Shown: one piece after another, positions 40,793 through 54,470 of the stretch | How positions within the stretch are numbered: position 1 is the first letter of the stretch | Layout of the letters: every line of letters starts with the position of its first letter | Assembly (NCBI GenBank): GCA_964016885.1 | Contig: OZ024744.1 | Coordinates: 93,248,001 to 93,312,000, forward strand | Direction of reading: 5' to 3' | Length of the DNA stretch: 64,000 nt | DNA from: Eledone cirrhosa | Taxonomy: Eukaryota | Notes under the pieces: model-generated | What the model was told of the DNA's origin: nothing | Database searches by the model: none | The model's input: only the letters and a program-made list of their open reading frames with translations | Program-made: the position numbers and the translations under genes

Positions 40793-40835
<43 letters not shown>

Positions 40836-40931
40836 AGATGTCAACATGAATGGACCTGTTATTTTTATCTAAAGATATTTTTTCCAATTCCAACCCGCCA
40901 GTCCCCTCAATCTATCTTATTTCTCATTCTT

Positions 40932-40967
40932 TCTTCTGATGAAGTACTAGCGTCCGAAACGTTAAGA
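40932..40967 (+). ncRNA. Minimal Penelope-type hammerhead with a stem II mismatch
   Basis: TCTT CTGATGA AGTAC TAGC GTCC GAAACGTT^AAGA; GAAACGTH is the classic PLE hammerhead signature. Confidence 0.65.
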
Positions 40968-41484
40968 CCCTCTTCCTGCTATATCAAGCGTTAACCTAAT
41001 ATATCCCTTCCATATACTGTACCGATTGTGTTGTTATTTCTGTTTACCTTTTACATATATACACACACACACACACATATATACAATATATTAATAAATG
41101 GAAACTATATTTATAAAACCATATTTCAAGGGCAACCAAGGCAAATTATGGTGCGCTTTCATCAGATAAAATACAGATTTTTATAAATAAATATTGACAT
41201 ACCCGGAAAAAAGACAACCTTAACGATTGGAGTTTCCTGGAAGCTCCAACAGTTAAGGTTGCCCTTGAAATATGGTTTTATAAATATAGTTTCCATTTAT
41301 TAATATATTGTATATTTACTCCACTTTCTGTTGAGTGCTTTATATCAGTTATAAAAAATGTTAAGCTTGTTGAATCCGAACAAATTAAATATAACCTCTG
41401 CATATATATATATACATACACACACACACATGTTTATGTATTTGTTCTGTTAGTTTCTTGATGTGAAATCTTGTGTTGAAACCG

Positions 41485-41815
41485 ATATTGTTATATTTGG
41501 CGTTAGTCATGTTACCAATAGAAATAAACACAGCCACCGTATAATTTTCACTTTATTGTTCGTTATTCATTTGTTTATCAAAGTTCTTTCGTCACACATT
41601 TTGTAACCTCCTTAATGATAATGATTATCTGTTTCGTAAAACAAAGGCAAGATGTAGTAGAAGTTTAAGACCAAGAAAAAGAGGAAGCACAAAACAGATA
41701 ATCATTGAGGAACTTTGGGAAACGAATGAATAACGAGCAATAAAGATAAAGTGAAATTATATGGTGCGTGTGTTTATTTCTATTGGCAACATGATCATCC
41801 CCAAATATAACAATA
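41485..41815. repeat. Diverged fold-back element (~105-bp inverted arms)
   Basis: ATTGTTATATTTGG...CATGTTACCAATAGAAATAAACAC versus GTGTTTATTTCTATTGGCAACATG...CCAAATATAACAAT; related stub at 36520-36600. Confidence 0.7.
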
Positions 41816-41819
41816 AATA

Positions 41820-42090
41820 TAGTTGTGAGTTCCATTCCTGGACCAGGCGGTGTGTTGTGTTCTTGAACAAGACACTTTATTTCACGTTACGTTGCTCCAG
41901 TTTACTCGGCTGTAGAAATGAGTTACGGCATCACTAGTGCCAAGCTGTATTAGTCTTTGCCGTTCCCTTGAACAACATTATATATGGTGTATATATAATA
42001 TACAGTCTGTATATATTAGTTGCGATGTCACTGGTTCCAAGCTGTATCGGCCATTGCCTTTCCCTTGGTCAACATCGGTGGCGTGGAGAG
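41820..42090 (+). mobile_element. tRNA-derived SINE, family 3 (V-SINE-like)
   Basis: GAGTTCCATTCC...TGTGTTCTTGAACAAGACACTTTA; minus-strand copy at ~61075-61335. Confidence 0.65.
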
Positions 42091-43073
42091 AGGAGAATGG
42101 TTTGCACGGCCGACTGTCGGCTTTCCACATAAAGCCTTTGAAAGGGGAACATTCTTGGTGCAAATCCCATGGCCCATAGTACATTATATGGTAGACGTGT
42201 GTAACTCTAGTTACAGACAGTTCGTGATTTAAAGCACTTCATGCCGTTACGCTGTTCCATCTCGTGTGTGTGTGTCTGCATAGCTAAGTATTATTTCAGG
42301 TGAATATACAAGAACTAGGAATAAATTAAATTAATTATATGTAAAAGTATAGAAGATGTGGGTTTTTTTATGTTGCTTTACCCTGCCGAGATCCGTGGGA
42401 TGAGCAGATTAAATGTGTCCCAGCCATGATCCTACTGTTTTTTTAAACCCCCCCCCCCTTTATTATTATTATTCCAAACAGCACATCTAAAATAACATTA
42501 CGTTCTGAGTTCAAATCCCACTGGGGTCAGATTTGCCTTACGGGGTCGATAAAATAAAGTACCAGTAATGCACTCGGGTCGATTTAATAGACTTTTCCTT
42601 TCCTCCAAAATTGCTACCCTTGTGCCTAAATCAGAAACAATTATACATTATGTCCTGGGGGCGAGGAATTTGAGGGAAATTTAGCTACTGTTTCTTGAAT
42701 TCAGTAAAACAAGTTTCACACATTTGTATAGGAAAAAAAAATGAAAAATGTCACATGCATATCTTAAATCTTGCAAACATATCTATAAAGATAGGTTAAT
42801 TCCGACTTAAACCTCGTCAGAAAATAAATTATTTGTTAATCTTTTAAGAATCCACAACCCACAGCTCAAAAATATGTAGTAATTCATTCCACCAACACTT
42901 CGTTCAAAAAACTTTTACTGATATATTATTGCTTCATTTTAAATTTTCAGTTTAAATTACAATATAAATAATGATTAATTAGTTCAAAATGTATGTACTT
43001 TATTTGATTTAAGGTTCTTGAAAACTGAACTCTTAAAATTTGGAAATTACGTATTTAATTTTCCTTACTCATA

Positions 43074-43274
43074 TGAGGGTCGGCTGATAATTTCATAGGC
43101 TGATCAAGATACGGAATGACCAAAATGAGGTTTATTTTTCAACGTAATCCCTGGAAAGAAACAACAATGCAGGCATTAATAAGAAGAATTGAGTTGAAAT
43201 TAATACATGCAAGATTTTACAGCTCTTGCATCACCCCTTAATAGTCAGCCTATGAACTTTTCTGCCGACCCTTA
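43074..43274. mobile_element. mariner-type MITE
   Basis: TA|TGAGGGTCGGCTGATAATTTCATAGGCTGA ... TCAGCCTATGAACTTTTCTGCCGACCCTTA|TA. Confidence 0.8.
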
Positions 43275-44194
43275 TAGAATTTGATACTGTTGTAATTAAA
43301 TGCCTTGATTTAACACATTCCATTCATTTGTCTATAAATTATTTCTATATCGCACTTTTCATAATCATTTACGTTGCTTCTGTTGTTCTATGGTAATTGA
43401 ATTAATGTATTTTTTACTTATTTATTCGTGAAGTTTAAAGCTTTTTTCTTTCTTTCCATCATGTCCCAAAAGGAGACCCCACCATCTCTTTCCCACAGGA
43501 CCCCCCCCCCCATCATTCTGCAGTTGACTTAAAAATTGGTTTTTTCCCTAGCCTCACGTCTGTCTTTTTAGATAGATAACAATCATTCAATGATTGCCAT
43601 AAGCTGCTCATCTATGCCGACACCTCGTTGACATTTGCGATAGATAAATGGAGAAGAATTCTTGATTTTCAACGAATTCCAGTTGCAATTTAAATACAAA
43701 TATTGTCCAAAATACCCATCCGTACTAGGGTGTATATATGTGACGTAAATATGTATAAGTGTTTAAACTCGACCGAATGGCTATATATATCGGGTATACT
43801 TTTATTTATTTACCGGTTTCAGTCATAAGACTGCGAGTATGCTAGGGCACCGCCCTAAATACATGACATGGGCGTGTATTTATCTCAATAATAACGTAAG
43901 AGGATAATTGTTTTTTTTTTATTCAGTTACGTCATTCTTCAAATGGTCTATACCTCAATCAGATTCTCCCGGATATATAGATATATATCTTTCTACCCCC
44001 TTCTCTCTATATATATATAGAGAGAGAGAGGGATATATATATATATATATATTTAAAAAAATAGAGGTGTGACACACGAGTTGTGATATATTAGTAAAAA
44101 GGAAAAGAAAATGCTGACAAATTTTTCCCAGTGAAAAATAGTTTAATTAGGAATAAGTATAAATTAGTAATAAGTATTAGTTAGTATTCAGTTT

Positions 44195-44280
<86 letters not shown>

Positions 44281-45822
44281 ACACGTGTAAGATAAATAAA
44301 ATGTCTTAAAAGTTTCGTCTTGAACATCCATTCATTATCCCTCTAATTACCTATATACATGTGTGTGTGTACGTACCAAAACACGTGCATATATAGATGT
44401 ATGTATATCATCAACATCGTTTAATCGTGTGTGTTGTTTATCGTTAACAAAAATTAAAAAATAAACTAAGAGTTTCGCTTTCAAATTCCTGTAGGTTAAG
44501 TCAAAGTTAAAATATTTTTCTATTTATAGAAGTCTTCCGATGGTTGGTTGCTAACATAAGTAGGTTAAAGTCTTCTATTAAAAATCCATTCATTGCTATG
44601 ATATTAACAGTATTTGACTGGTAGTTTATTTTATTCACCACAGAAAAATGGAATACAAAGTTGACCTTGGCCGAATTCGAAATCAAATCTTAAAAAGGAC
44701 ATTTATTAAAATATCGCAATTATTAAAATATTTTGACCGAATATTTAACGATTCAGCCAAAATTCACCTTTAGATTGAATGAATATATTAATTTAACTTC
44801 TTTTTTTTTACATATAAAAGGAATAGTTATATATTTTTTTTAAATAGATATTTTATTTGTAGTTATATATTTCTTTATTTTAATGTTCAGATATAAAAAT
44901 GCCATTAAAGCATATACCATGATCCGGCAGCAATTTGAGTATTCTTTAAGATTGGTGAGGTTTCTTCGACCGAAACCTGTGTGTATGTGTGTAAACCGTC
45001 TTAGTTGTCTTCTGACGTTGTTACTGTAACAGAAGTGAATGAACGTTTATGTTATTTTTCCAAGATTAAGCAGAAATATAATCAAAGACATTCCAAACAT
45101 GACTATTACGAGTTATTATTATTTGAGGGAGGCTGATGTATATTTAAGGTGTCCTTGTTTGGTGTTGTAATTTTTAGGGAAGGTTTTTTTTCTCGACCTG
45201 CTATTTTAGCAGATCTAGCGACTTTGTAGAGAAGCTTACTCCATCATTGCCTTCAATGAACGAATGAATGAATGAATGAATGAAGCAGCAGTAAATCCCC
45301 ACCGCCATCACCACTACCAATATAAAAAAAAATGCATAAACGTTTAAACATTTAACATTTCCTCTATTTTTCATTCTAGCACTCTCTCTCCTCCCTTCTA
45401 GTAATTATATTTAAGGCACCTTCTTCGTATTATTTTATTACCGAAAATGAAAATATTTCCTATAATTCGCCGAAGTCACTTCGCATACTCATCTCTCTTT
45501 CTCTTTCGTGAAGCAATCTGACGAACAAGCATTAACCCTAACTTCATCTTGTAAATAACACTTTTATTATAATGCTGTTGAAGTAGTTAATTTGGGAGGC
45601 GGGGACACCCTGTATTTTCTGAGTAGAATCAATTATATATATATAATGCAACTTCTTTTTTTACTTTACTATCATTAGAGAGGTTGCCCAGTACTCCTCG
45701 CTGCTGTCTTTTGCTCTGGTGTTGGCTCGGTTGTTCTCCCCTTCCTTTACATTTACTTTAGTATTGTAACATTAAAAGAATATATCTTTCATATCGAAAA
45801 TGAAAATATTTCCTTGCATTCG

Positions 45823-45861
<39 letters not shown>

Positions 45862-47274
45862 GCACGCAAGCATTAACCCTATTTTTATCTCTGCAATGAA
45901 CCCGTTGAATATGACAAAATATTTTCATTTCATTATTTCGACTTCTAATGTGAAAGATACTCACTCTGTGCGTGTGTGGCGGTTGGGGAACTTGACCAAG
46001 CTTTTATTGTTACAGTTTTTTTTTTGTTGTATAAAGAATTCCATTTTTATTATCATATAACAAATATATATAAGATTTAATAGAAATACATACATATAAT
46101 TAGTTATTGCTAGGAACCTTATAAATAAAATACACAGAAATATATAATCAATTCAACTCTAAGTGATCGATCACACACCACAAGGGTCATCGGTTACTGG
46201 GTCCCCATGTCAACCTTGACCATCCCGTCTTTTTAGACATTAAACACGATCTTGTGATTTGAAGAACATTTAGTTGGCTGCTATTTCCAGTGACCTGGCT
46301 AAATGCTTCCCTCGCTGGTCCGTCATGATATAAATTTTTTATTATAATATAACAAATATCTATAAGATTAAATAGAAATACATACACATAATCAATTAAT
46401 TATTGCTAAGGAACCTTATAAATAAATATAATACACAAACATATACAAAACTAAATTCTCACTCCTTCCCTCTCATTCGAACAACTATCCCGATGCATAA
46501 ACGAATCATACCGAACGTAGATTGAAATGACTTAATGGTGATTCGAAAAATAAAAGATTTTAAAAGCCTTGGAATGTTTAAATTATATCTTAACTATCGT
46601 TAAGTTGATCGTTGTCGTATGTACGGCTCGACAAATAGTTTATTTTCCGAAAAAAAAAAAAAATGCTCTAACTAATAGTTCTTAAAATAAAAATATTTCT
46701 TCTCATGATCTGCTCACATATAATTTTAATTCTCTATATATGGATTTACATGTGTTATATACAAGGTATATACATTGGTCATTTTGATGATCTACTTGAC
46801 ATTTGTATTAATTATTGCAATTAGTGAAAAGCGTATAAAATGAATTTATCCCTGATTTATCCTAGGTTCGATATTATATTAAACTATATGATGATTTTTT
46901 TTTACGAATGAAGCAGTCCTAGTCCTGTAGAAATATATTAATATATACAAATTTAAACGATATATATATATATATATGAAAAGTTTCAGGATCCCAACGG
47001 CTGAGTTCCGACAGCTCGATCCGAAACGGCCGGAACTCAGCCGTTGGGGTCCTGAAACTTTTCATATTACCTAGTCTACTACCCCAAGTATCGAGTACTC
47101 TTGTGAGTAATGGTCTAGATGGTTTTTACCACATCCTATCAATATATACACAGCCCAAAGAGAACAAACACGAAATCTCGTCTCATTCTCTGAAACTATT
47201 TATTACCTTAGGAGTTAGCAAGTCGACTAGTTTGAGTGTGTCTATGTGTGTGTATATATATATGTGTGTATATA

Positions 47275-47349
<75 letters not shown>

Positions 47350-47353
<4 letters not shown>

Positions 47354-47518
47354 CGAAGGAAATGTGGTAAGGAACCAGGTGGACCATAACGCACCAAAGT
47401 ACTCAATACTTGAGGTAGTAGAGTGGGTAATAGGAACCAGTAAGACCCCGACAGCTGAGCTCAAGCCGTTTCGAGCGGTCGAAACGGCTTGAGCTCAGCT
47501 GTCGGGGTCTTACTGGTT

Positions 47519-47523
<5 letters not shown>
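47350..47523. mobile_element. Short hairpin-ended element, family D, in (TA)n
   Basis: Perfect ~44-bp hairpin at 47430-47523 centred on CCGTTTCGA-GCGG-TCGAAACGG. Relatives at 37611-37715, 46976-47130, 55396-55571 and 57472-57556. Confidence 0.75.
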
Positions 47524-47561
<38 letters not shown>

Positions 47562-47567
<6 letters not shown>

Positions 47568-48098
47568 GTTAAAGATGTACATCCATATATGTATACTGAA
47601 ATACTAGTATGTATATGAATACACACACGTATATATATGTAGATGTACCAAGTTTTTTTTTACTGGTCACTTTACTGTGAGTGGCCAGCTATTCTGTATG
47701 TAAACACACAGACAAACCGGTTTTTAGAGTCATACTGGTTTTTGAGGAAACACCTTTCCTCTATTCTCCAGAAAGCCAGACAAGGAATATTGAACTAGTT
47801 TCATTGTTGTTACAACTCATCAGCAATATTTACCTATCTTCCGGCCTCTCTAGAGAATCGTAAAAGCACATATCGTTATATGCTTTTTCTATGAAAATTA
47901 GTAGTGGGCAGACTAATTTGCATAGAGTGTGAGTAAAAACCGGTTTGTCTGTGTGTTTACATACAGAATAGCTGGCCACTCACAGTAAAGTGACCAGTGA
48001 AAAAAAACTTGGTACATCTACATATATATACGTGTGTGTATTCATATACATACTAGTATTTCAGTATACATATATGGATGTACATCTTTAACTTAATT
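47562..48098. mobile_element. Fold-back element with ~165-bp near-perfect inverted arms and a hammerhead in the spacer
   Basis: Arms at 47562-47726 and 47934-48098; abuts (TA)n. Confidence 0.85.
47786..47830 (-). ncRNA. Type I minimal hammerhead ribozyme, family E
   Basis: Minus strand: AATATTG CTGATGA GTTGT AACA ACAAT GAAACTAGTT^CAATATT; 7-bp stem I, palindromic stem III ACTAGT. Confidence 0.88.
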
Positions 48099-48202
48099 GT
48101 TTAAGCGTCAGTCATACAAAAGTGAGTTATAAACGAAACGAAATTTGTTTTTATTTGTTTTTATATATATATATATATACACATATATATATATATATAC
48201 AC

Positions 48203-48235
<33 letters not shown>

Positions 48236-48421
48236 TATATATATACACACACACATATATATATATATATATGTGTGTGTGTATATATATATATACTATA
48301 TATATATTTGGTTTATTTTCATAATTCTTCGGCTCTGTTTAATTACATTGAGCTATACCTTTACTGTCATTTCTATAATACCAAGAGGGTGTTTAACTAC
48401 AACACACTCTAGTATTTCAAT

Positions 48422-48508
<87 letters not shown>

Positions 48509-48545
48509 ATTAAATAAATGGAAACTATATTTATAAAACCATATT

Positions 48546-48611
48546 TATTTCATTATATATATTTCGGGGATATCATATTAACAATATGCTATGCCTTCCT
48601 CAGACAAAATA
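48546..48611 (-). ncRNA. Type I hammerhead ribozyme, family B variant with CUGAGGA core
   Basis: Minus strand: TATTTTGT CTGAGGA AGGCATAGCATATT gtt AATATGATATCCCC GAAA TATATA TA^ATGAAATA. Confidence 0.7.
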
Positions 48612-48737
48612 CAATATAAACAGTTTTATAGATAAATAGATTCGACATACCGTTACAACACCAAATATTTGTCGAGTGCTTTTATATCAGTTATAAATAT
48701 TTACTAGTTGTAACCCAACAATTTTAAATATAACTTT

Positions 48738-48812
<75 letters not shown>

Positions 48813-48813
<1 letters not shown>

Positions 48814-49335
48814 TAGCCGAATTACCCGCGCCTTGCTGCGTGTCACATTTTTTTTTGTTGTAAGAAAATGATGGTTGATTTTAAATGAACTCCATTAGGG
48901 TGTCTTAATATTAATGAAATTTGCTGAAATTTTGTGAATAGGCATCATATATTGTCATTTACCTATGGTTTAAATTTCATATAAATCGAAGGGGAACATT
49001 TTTCAGCGGGGGTTGTGCCCCCGGGGAACCCTTTGATTGAAATGAAATATACTTATCCAAGTACCCTGGACAATGTAGTTTCAGAATATATATGGTTATG
49101 GGGGTCTATCTCCAAAACCGGTTTAAATTTCATATAAATCGAAGGGAAAATATTTTCAGCGGGGGTTTGTGCCCCCGGGGAACCCTTTGATTAAAATGAA
49201 ATATACTTATCCAAATACCCTGGGCAATGTAGTTTCAGAATATATATGGTTATAGGGGGTCTATCTCCAAAACCATAGGAGGAGTTCGTGAACAAACAAA
49301 CATACAGACAAGAACTACAACTTTATATATATAGA
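48813..49335 (-). mobile_element. Non-autonomous Helitron with an internal ~153-bp tandem duplication
   Basis: Minus strand A|TCTATATATATAAAG ... GCGCGGGTAATTCGGCTAG|T; duplication at ~48967-49119 and ~49120-49273. Confidence 0.85.
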
Positions 49336-50167
49336 TGCGTGTGTGTAGCGAAATCTCATCGCACATACTGACCCCTGAATGACATTTGGCTGCTTTTTTT
49401 TATTTATCTCAATTGTTTATCTGTACACCGAGCACAGGAGCTATGTCCTTGATTAATGTGGAATTCGCAAGATGCACCCACACATATATATGATTTCTAC
49501 TAGTCTCGGACGGTTTTATGGGTAAGAAATCGCCACCCCATTTACATCGGGATTTTACTCACACACACACACACATATATATATATATACACATACACAC
49601 ACACTCAAACTAGTCGACTTCCTAACCCCTAATGTAATAAATAGTTTCAGAGAATGAGAGGAGATTTTGTGTTTGTTCTCTTTGAGCTGTAATGCCAACG
49701 ATTTCCGAAACGGGTACAACTTCATTTGTCAACTCAATTTGTATTTGATACCATCAGATTGGTGTGAGTTTAAATGGCCATTTACCATAACTATTTTGAT
49801 CGTAACTTGAAGCTACTTCTAACTAATCAAGCGACCGGATTAGTGGTTTCGTCGTTGGTCCTTTTAGTGTGTTTGAATTTTTAAATGTAAACAATTTTCT
49901 CTGGCTGCTGCCTATTGAGAGGTTTATAATAACTGATTTTGACAAGTCTCAGGGAGGGGATGAAATGTTCGTAAACCAACATTTAATGTAAAAACGTATT
50001 TAATGAATAATTTGCTTCGTGTGTAATTATTATTTTTAGCACAATAGGATTTTGTATACATGCTTGTTTGGAAAATTCTTTCAAAGAAGTATGAATCATA
50101 GCCTTTTGTACTGCTTATAATAAATTACTTATTTTAAGCTGTTTTTAACTTATCCACCCATATTTTT

Positions 50168-50318
50168 AATTTTTTTTATATATAAAACACGATATCTTTT
50201 TCATGTGTGTATTCAAATTTTTTTTATATATAAAACACGATATCTTTTTCATATGTGTGTATTCAAATTTTTTTTATATATAAAACACGATATCTTTTTC
50301 ATATGTGTGTATTCAAAA
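50168..50318. repeat. ~52-bp tandem repeat, 3 copies
   Basis: AATTTTTTTTATATATAAAACACGATATCTTTTTCATATGTGTGTATTCA repeated. Confidence 0.9.
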
Positions 50319-50524
50319 TGACAACAACAAAAAAAAGGTTAACAACTTAAATCTATTCTTTAAATTTCTACGTCCGTTTCGATAGGTTACAATAGTATAT
50401 GCATATGCAAACAATTGTAAATAATTAACCAGCAATTATTAACAAGGATTTTTGAGTGCATAGAGAGCTTCTCTCGCCTTACCAAAAATAATAGTGGAAC
50501 ACTCCACTGTATTCACCAATATTC

Positions 50525-50810
50525 GGTGGATTGGCAGTATCGGTAGAGGGTCGGACGCCATGCTTTCCAGCATAGTTACGTCCCTTTACGATCTGAGTTC
50601 AAATCCCGCCGAGGTTGACTTTGCCTTTCATCCTTACGGGGTCGATAAAATAAAGTACCAGTAATGCACTGGGTAATTGCTGGCCTTGTGCCTAAAGTAG
50701 AAACAATTATGAGGTTAACTTTGCCTTTCATCCTTACGGGGTCGATAAAATAAAGTACCAGTAATACACTAGGTAATTGTTGGCCTTGTGCCTAAAGTAG
50801 AAACAATTAT
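50525..50810 (+). mobile_element. SINE family 1 with duplicated 3' half
   Basis: Full head plus a core repeated from ~50711. Confidence 0.85.
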
Positions 50811-51247
50811 ATGAATATATATATATGATTGTGGTTAACGAGGAATTCACTATTATAGTTGTTTCAGGTTGACCAATGCCTTGTGAATGAAATTTTGCTG
50901 TCGTAAACTATGTTTCTGTATTTATCCTTACTGTCTCTTATCACAGCGGTTCGATAGATAGAGATCGATAAAATAAGTGGCATAACATGAAAGAAATAAG
51001 GATTGGGGACAACATAACCGACTAAGTTCTTTCAATGAAGCCGGTGCTCCAGCTTGGCCTCAGTCTAATGACAGAAACCAATAAAAAATGTATAATTATA
51101 GTGCCTAAACCTACATTGTTACTTATTTATTTCTCATCAAAATACGCATTATACACACACACACACATATATATAGATATATACAAACATACATACGCAC
51201 ACACACACACACACATATATATATACACACAAACACACACATGTATA

Positions 51248-51481
51248 TGTTAGGTAATTCCGAAGGAAAAGCAAAGGAAAAAAGAGTGCTCTATGTATAG
51301 AACAGAGCTATTTAATTAGAAATTGAACAACAAAATATAACTATTCCATTACCAGAGGTTTCTGGATCCCAGACAATAATAATATACGCCTGACGACCGA
51401 TCCAGACGTATAGTATTATCGTCTGTGATCCAGAAACCTTTGGTAATGGAGTAGTTATATTTTGTGTTCAATTTTTAATTA
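51248..51481. mobile_element. Penelope-like fold-back element, family C
   Basis: Inverted arms ~51314-51392 and ~51400-51481; CTGACGA...GAAACCTTTGGTA at 51390-51445; tail shared with 39009-39078 and 57590-57655. Confidence 0.75.
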
Positions 51482-51756
51482 TATATATATATATATATTC
51501 ATACATACGCATATTATATATACTTTTTATATCCACTTCTTTGAAATTAAAAAAATTAAATACATATAACATATATCTCTATTACTTAATTTAGATAAAT
51601 ATTTCATATGTAGATATAGAATTATAAGTGTGTCAATCGGTCACACACTACAAGGAGTACCGCTAGAGCCTCATTCTGTTTCTACTATAATACCACCGAC
51701 ATTAGATTTTAAAAACCTTGCTTATTTTCTCTACCTATGTTGTATATTTCATACTT

Positions 51757-52178
51757 TAGCGGTCACCGACCGGTGGTCCGAGAGAAAACTTCGGTGGTCC
51801 GCAGAAAAATTTGGACATTATTTGCAATTTTTACGTTTTATAAATAATTGTTTCTACGTTAGGCATTACTGGTACTTTATTTTATCGACCCCGTAAGGAT
51901 GAAATGCAAAGTTAACCAAAATATTTGGTTAAAATATATTTTATAACACCCCTAAAAAATGTTTCTCCTCGGTAAAGAACTAACATTCATGAAAGTATTT
52001 TACACATATGTATCATCTATAGACAATATAACACACGTACACTTCAGTATTATTTAATAAAATGGTAGTTCTCTGATCATTATTTTACAAATATATTTAT
52101 CTTTTTTTAAAGATTCAATAAGTGGTCATCGGGATTTAAAATTATGAAATAAGTGGTCTGAAAGGTTGGCGACCGCTG
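51757..52178. mobile_element. Old hAT/Charlie-type MITE with a SINE fragment inside
   Basis: (T)AGCGGTCACCGACC ... GGTTGGCGACCGCTG; no clear TSD. Confidence 0.6.
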
Positions 52179-53824
52179 AAGTGTATTATTTTTTTTTTCG
52201 TAAATGTCAATTTTTAACTTATTTATGGAATATATCATGTAAATACAGTTTAATAGAAAAAGAACATTTAGAATGAGAAGAAAAAAATTGCTTGTGTGGA
52301 AACTGTTCACTGCATTAAATTTAATAAGTTGTATCCATTCAATAAAATAAAATGAAAACAAGCAACTATAACCCACCCAACCTTGCTTCAGACTTTTAAC
52401 TTGAGAATATCGTACAGTTGTTCTTTCGCGTGTTTCCTTTCACAAACATCTATCATTCATCTAGCAACGAATGCCTTTTAAATATTATGGTTATATGTAT
52501 AAATGAATGAACAATTAGTACGAAAATGGTCATTAAAAACATTTTTTTTTTTCGGTTTGATGGATTTACGGTGCCATATACTCTCGGGTTCCAAATAATA
52601 GGGGTTGGGGGGTTGGAGGTTGGAATAAACGGGGTGTTGGGGATTTGGACAATTGCTTAAATTCTTATAAGCGGGGTGGGGAATCGGTAATTTACGTTCG
52701 TAAATATGGGATTTCTTGTAATGTTCTTTGTTGTTGTTATATATAATGGGTTTTTTTTTGTAAAATAAAATTATTAGATTCTCCAACTGCTGTATCGATA
52801 TGAATCACTTACAATAAAATTTCGCCGGAGATAGATTAGCAAAATTTAATAAGCGGGTGAGGGGGAATCTGAAAAATTAATAAACTGGGTGGGGGAGTGG
52901 GGTTATTCAAGACTAAGTGTCTTATTAATATGGGATAGAGTGAACATCGATTTAAAAAAACTGTACCAGTTAATCGATTTTTCACTTTCCGGAAATTGCT
53001 GACCTCGTGCTTTAATTTAAAAAAAAACCTTTATCATGAGGTGCTTGCTCACTTCCACTAAATTTATCAAAAGATGGGTGAAAGTTGCGAAAATAGTTAA
53101 CAGTGAATTAGCTACTCTTCGCTTATGTCCGTAGGTCGAACAATGACTTTGGGTGAGAGCACTCGTCCCTGATGGTCAAGGTGATCGTAAATCTGATTGG
53201 TTCCTCTATTAGCCTCAGGTATTCAGCTCTATGTAACAGGAAAATTGAATGCCTCATATGATTGTATGTTATACCTTTTTTCTCATTTCTACTCCCGGGT
53301 CCCAAATATTAGGGGGTGGATGGATTGGAAAATCGGTAATTTTTCTAGGTTGTCTCCGTTGATTTAAAAAAACCCAACAGAATTAGTCGTTTAGTTTACA
53401 TATTGAGACCCCAACCCATCTTATTTATTTTATAATGTACGTGATTTCTCGTAATTATTTTTTGGATCATGTATAATGGTGGGAGTTCGGCTCTTCCACA
53501 TTCGGACCATATCCTTGTGGTTGTGTTCATCAAGCCCTAGTGCAGTAATGAAATATATGTAAAATTAATTAACTCTCAACAATTTAGAAGATAATTATTG
53601 TTGATTTAATATAATTGTTATCTACACCATGCCCCCCCCCCCCCCCAAAAAAAAAAAAAACGAAAATTGTTACAGGAATGCTACGCTACCATTTATAATG
53701 AAATTTCGCTGGAGATAGATTAGCAAAATTTAATAAGCGGAGGAGGGGTATTATTCGAGACCCGAGAGTATGTAAAACCCCATCTTATTGTAGTATCTTG
53801 TCTTTGTAATCTCTCCTCCACCCG

Positions 53825-54470
53825 TTGCCCAGTATCGGTAGAGGGTCGGACGCCATGCTTTGACGCATGGAGTTACGGCCCTTGCCATTCTGAGTTCAAA
53901 TCCCGCCGAGGTTAACTTTCCCTTTCATCCTTTTACGTCGATAAAATAAAGTACCAGTAATGCACTGGGTAATTGCTGGCCTTGTGACAAAAGTAGAAAC
54001 AATTATCAATATTATCGGTTGATTGACAGTATCGGTAGTGTATCGGAGATGCTTTGCAGAATATAGTTACGTCCCTTTACGTTCTGAGTTTAAATCCCGC
54101 CGAGATTAGCTTTACCATTAATCCTTACGGGGTTGATAAAATAATGTACCAGTAACACACTGGGTTAATTTAATCGATTTTCCCCTTCCCTTCAAATTGC
54201 TGGCCTTATGCCTAAATCAGAAATTATTATTATTATTGGTGGAAAGGCAGTAATCGGTAGAGTGTCGGACAACATGCTTTGCAGCATATACTTACAACCC
54301 TTTACGTTCTGAGTTCAAATCCCACCGAGGTTTAAGCTTTGTATCTCATCCTTATGGAGAGGGGTCGATAAAATAAAGTATCAATAATACACTGGGTCGA
54401 TTTAATCGACTTGCTATTACCCCCCCCCCCCAATTGCTATCCCTGTGCCTAAAGTAGAAACAATTATTAT
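53825..54470 (+). mobile_element. Three head-to-tail SINE family 1 copies
   Basis: Three A-box/B-box/core units, each ending in AATTAT. Confidence 0.85.
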
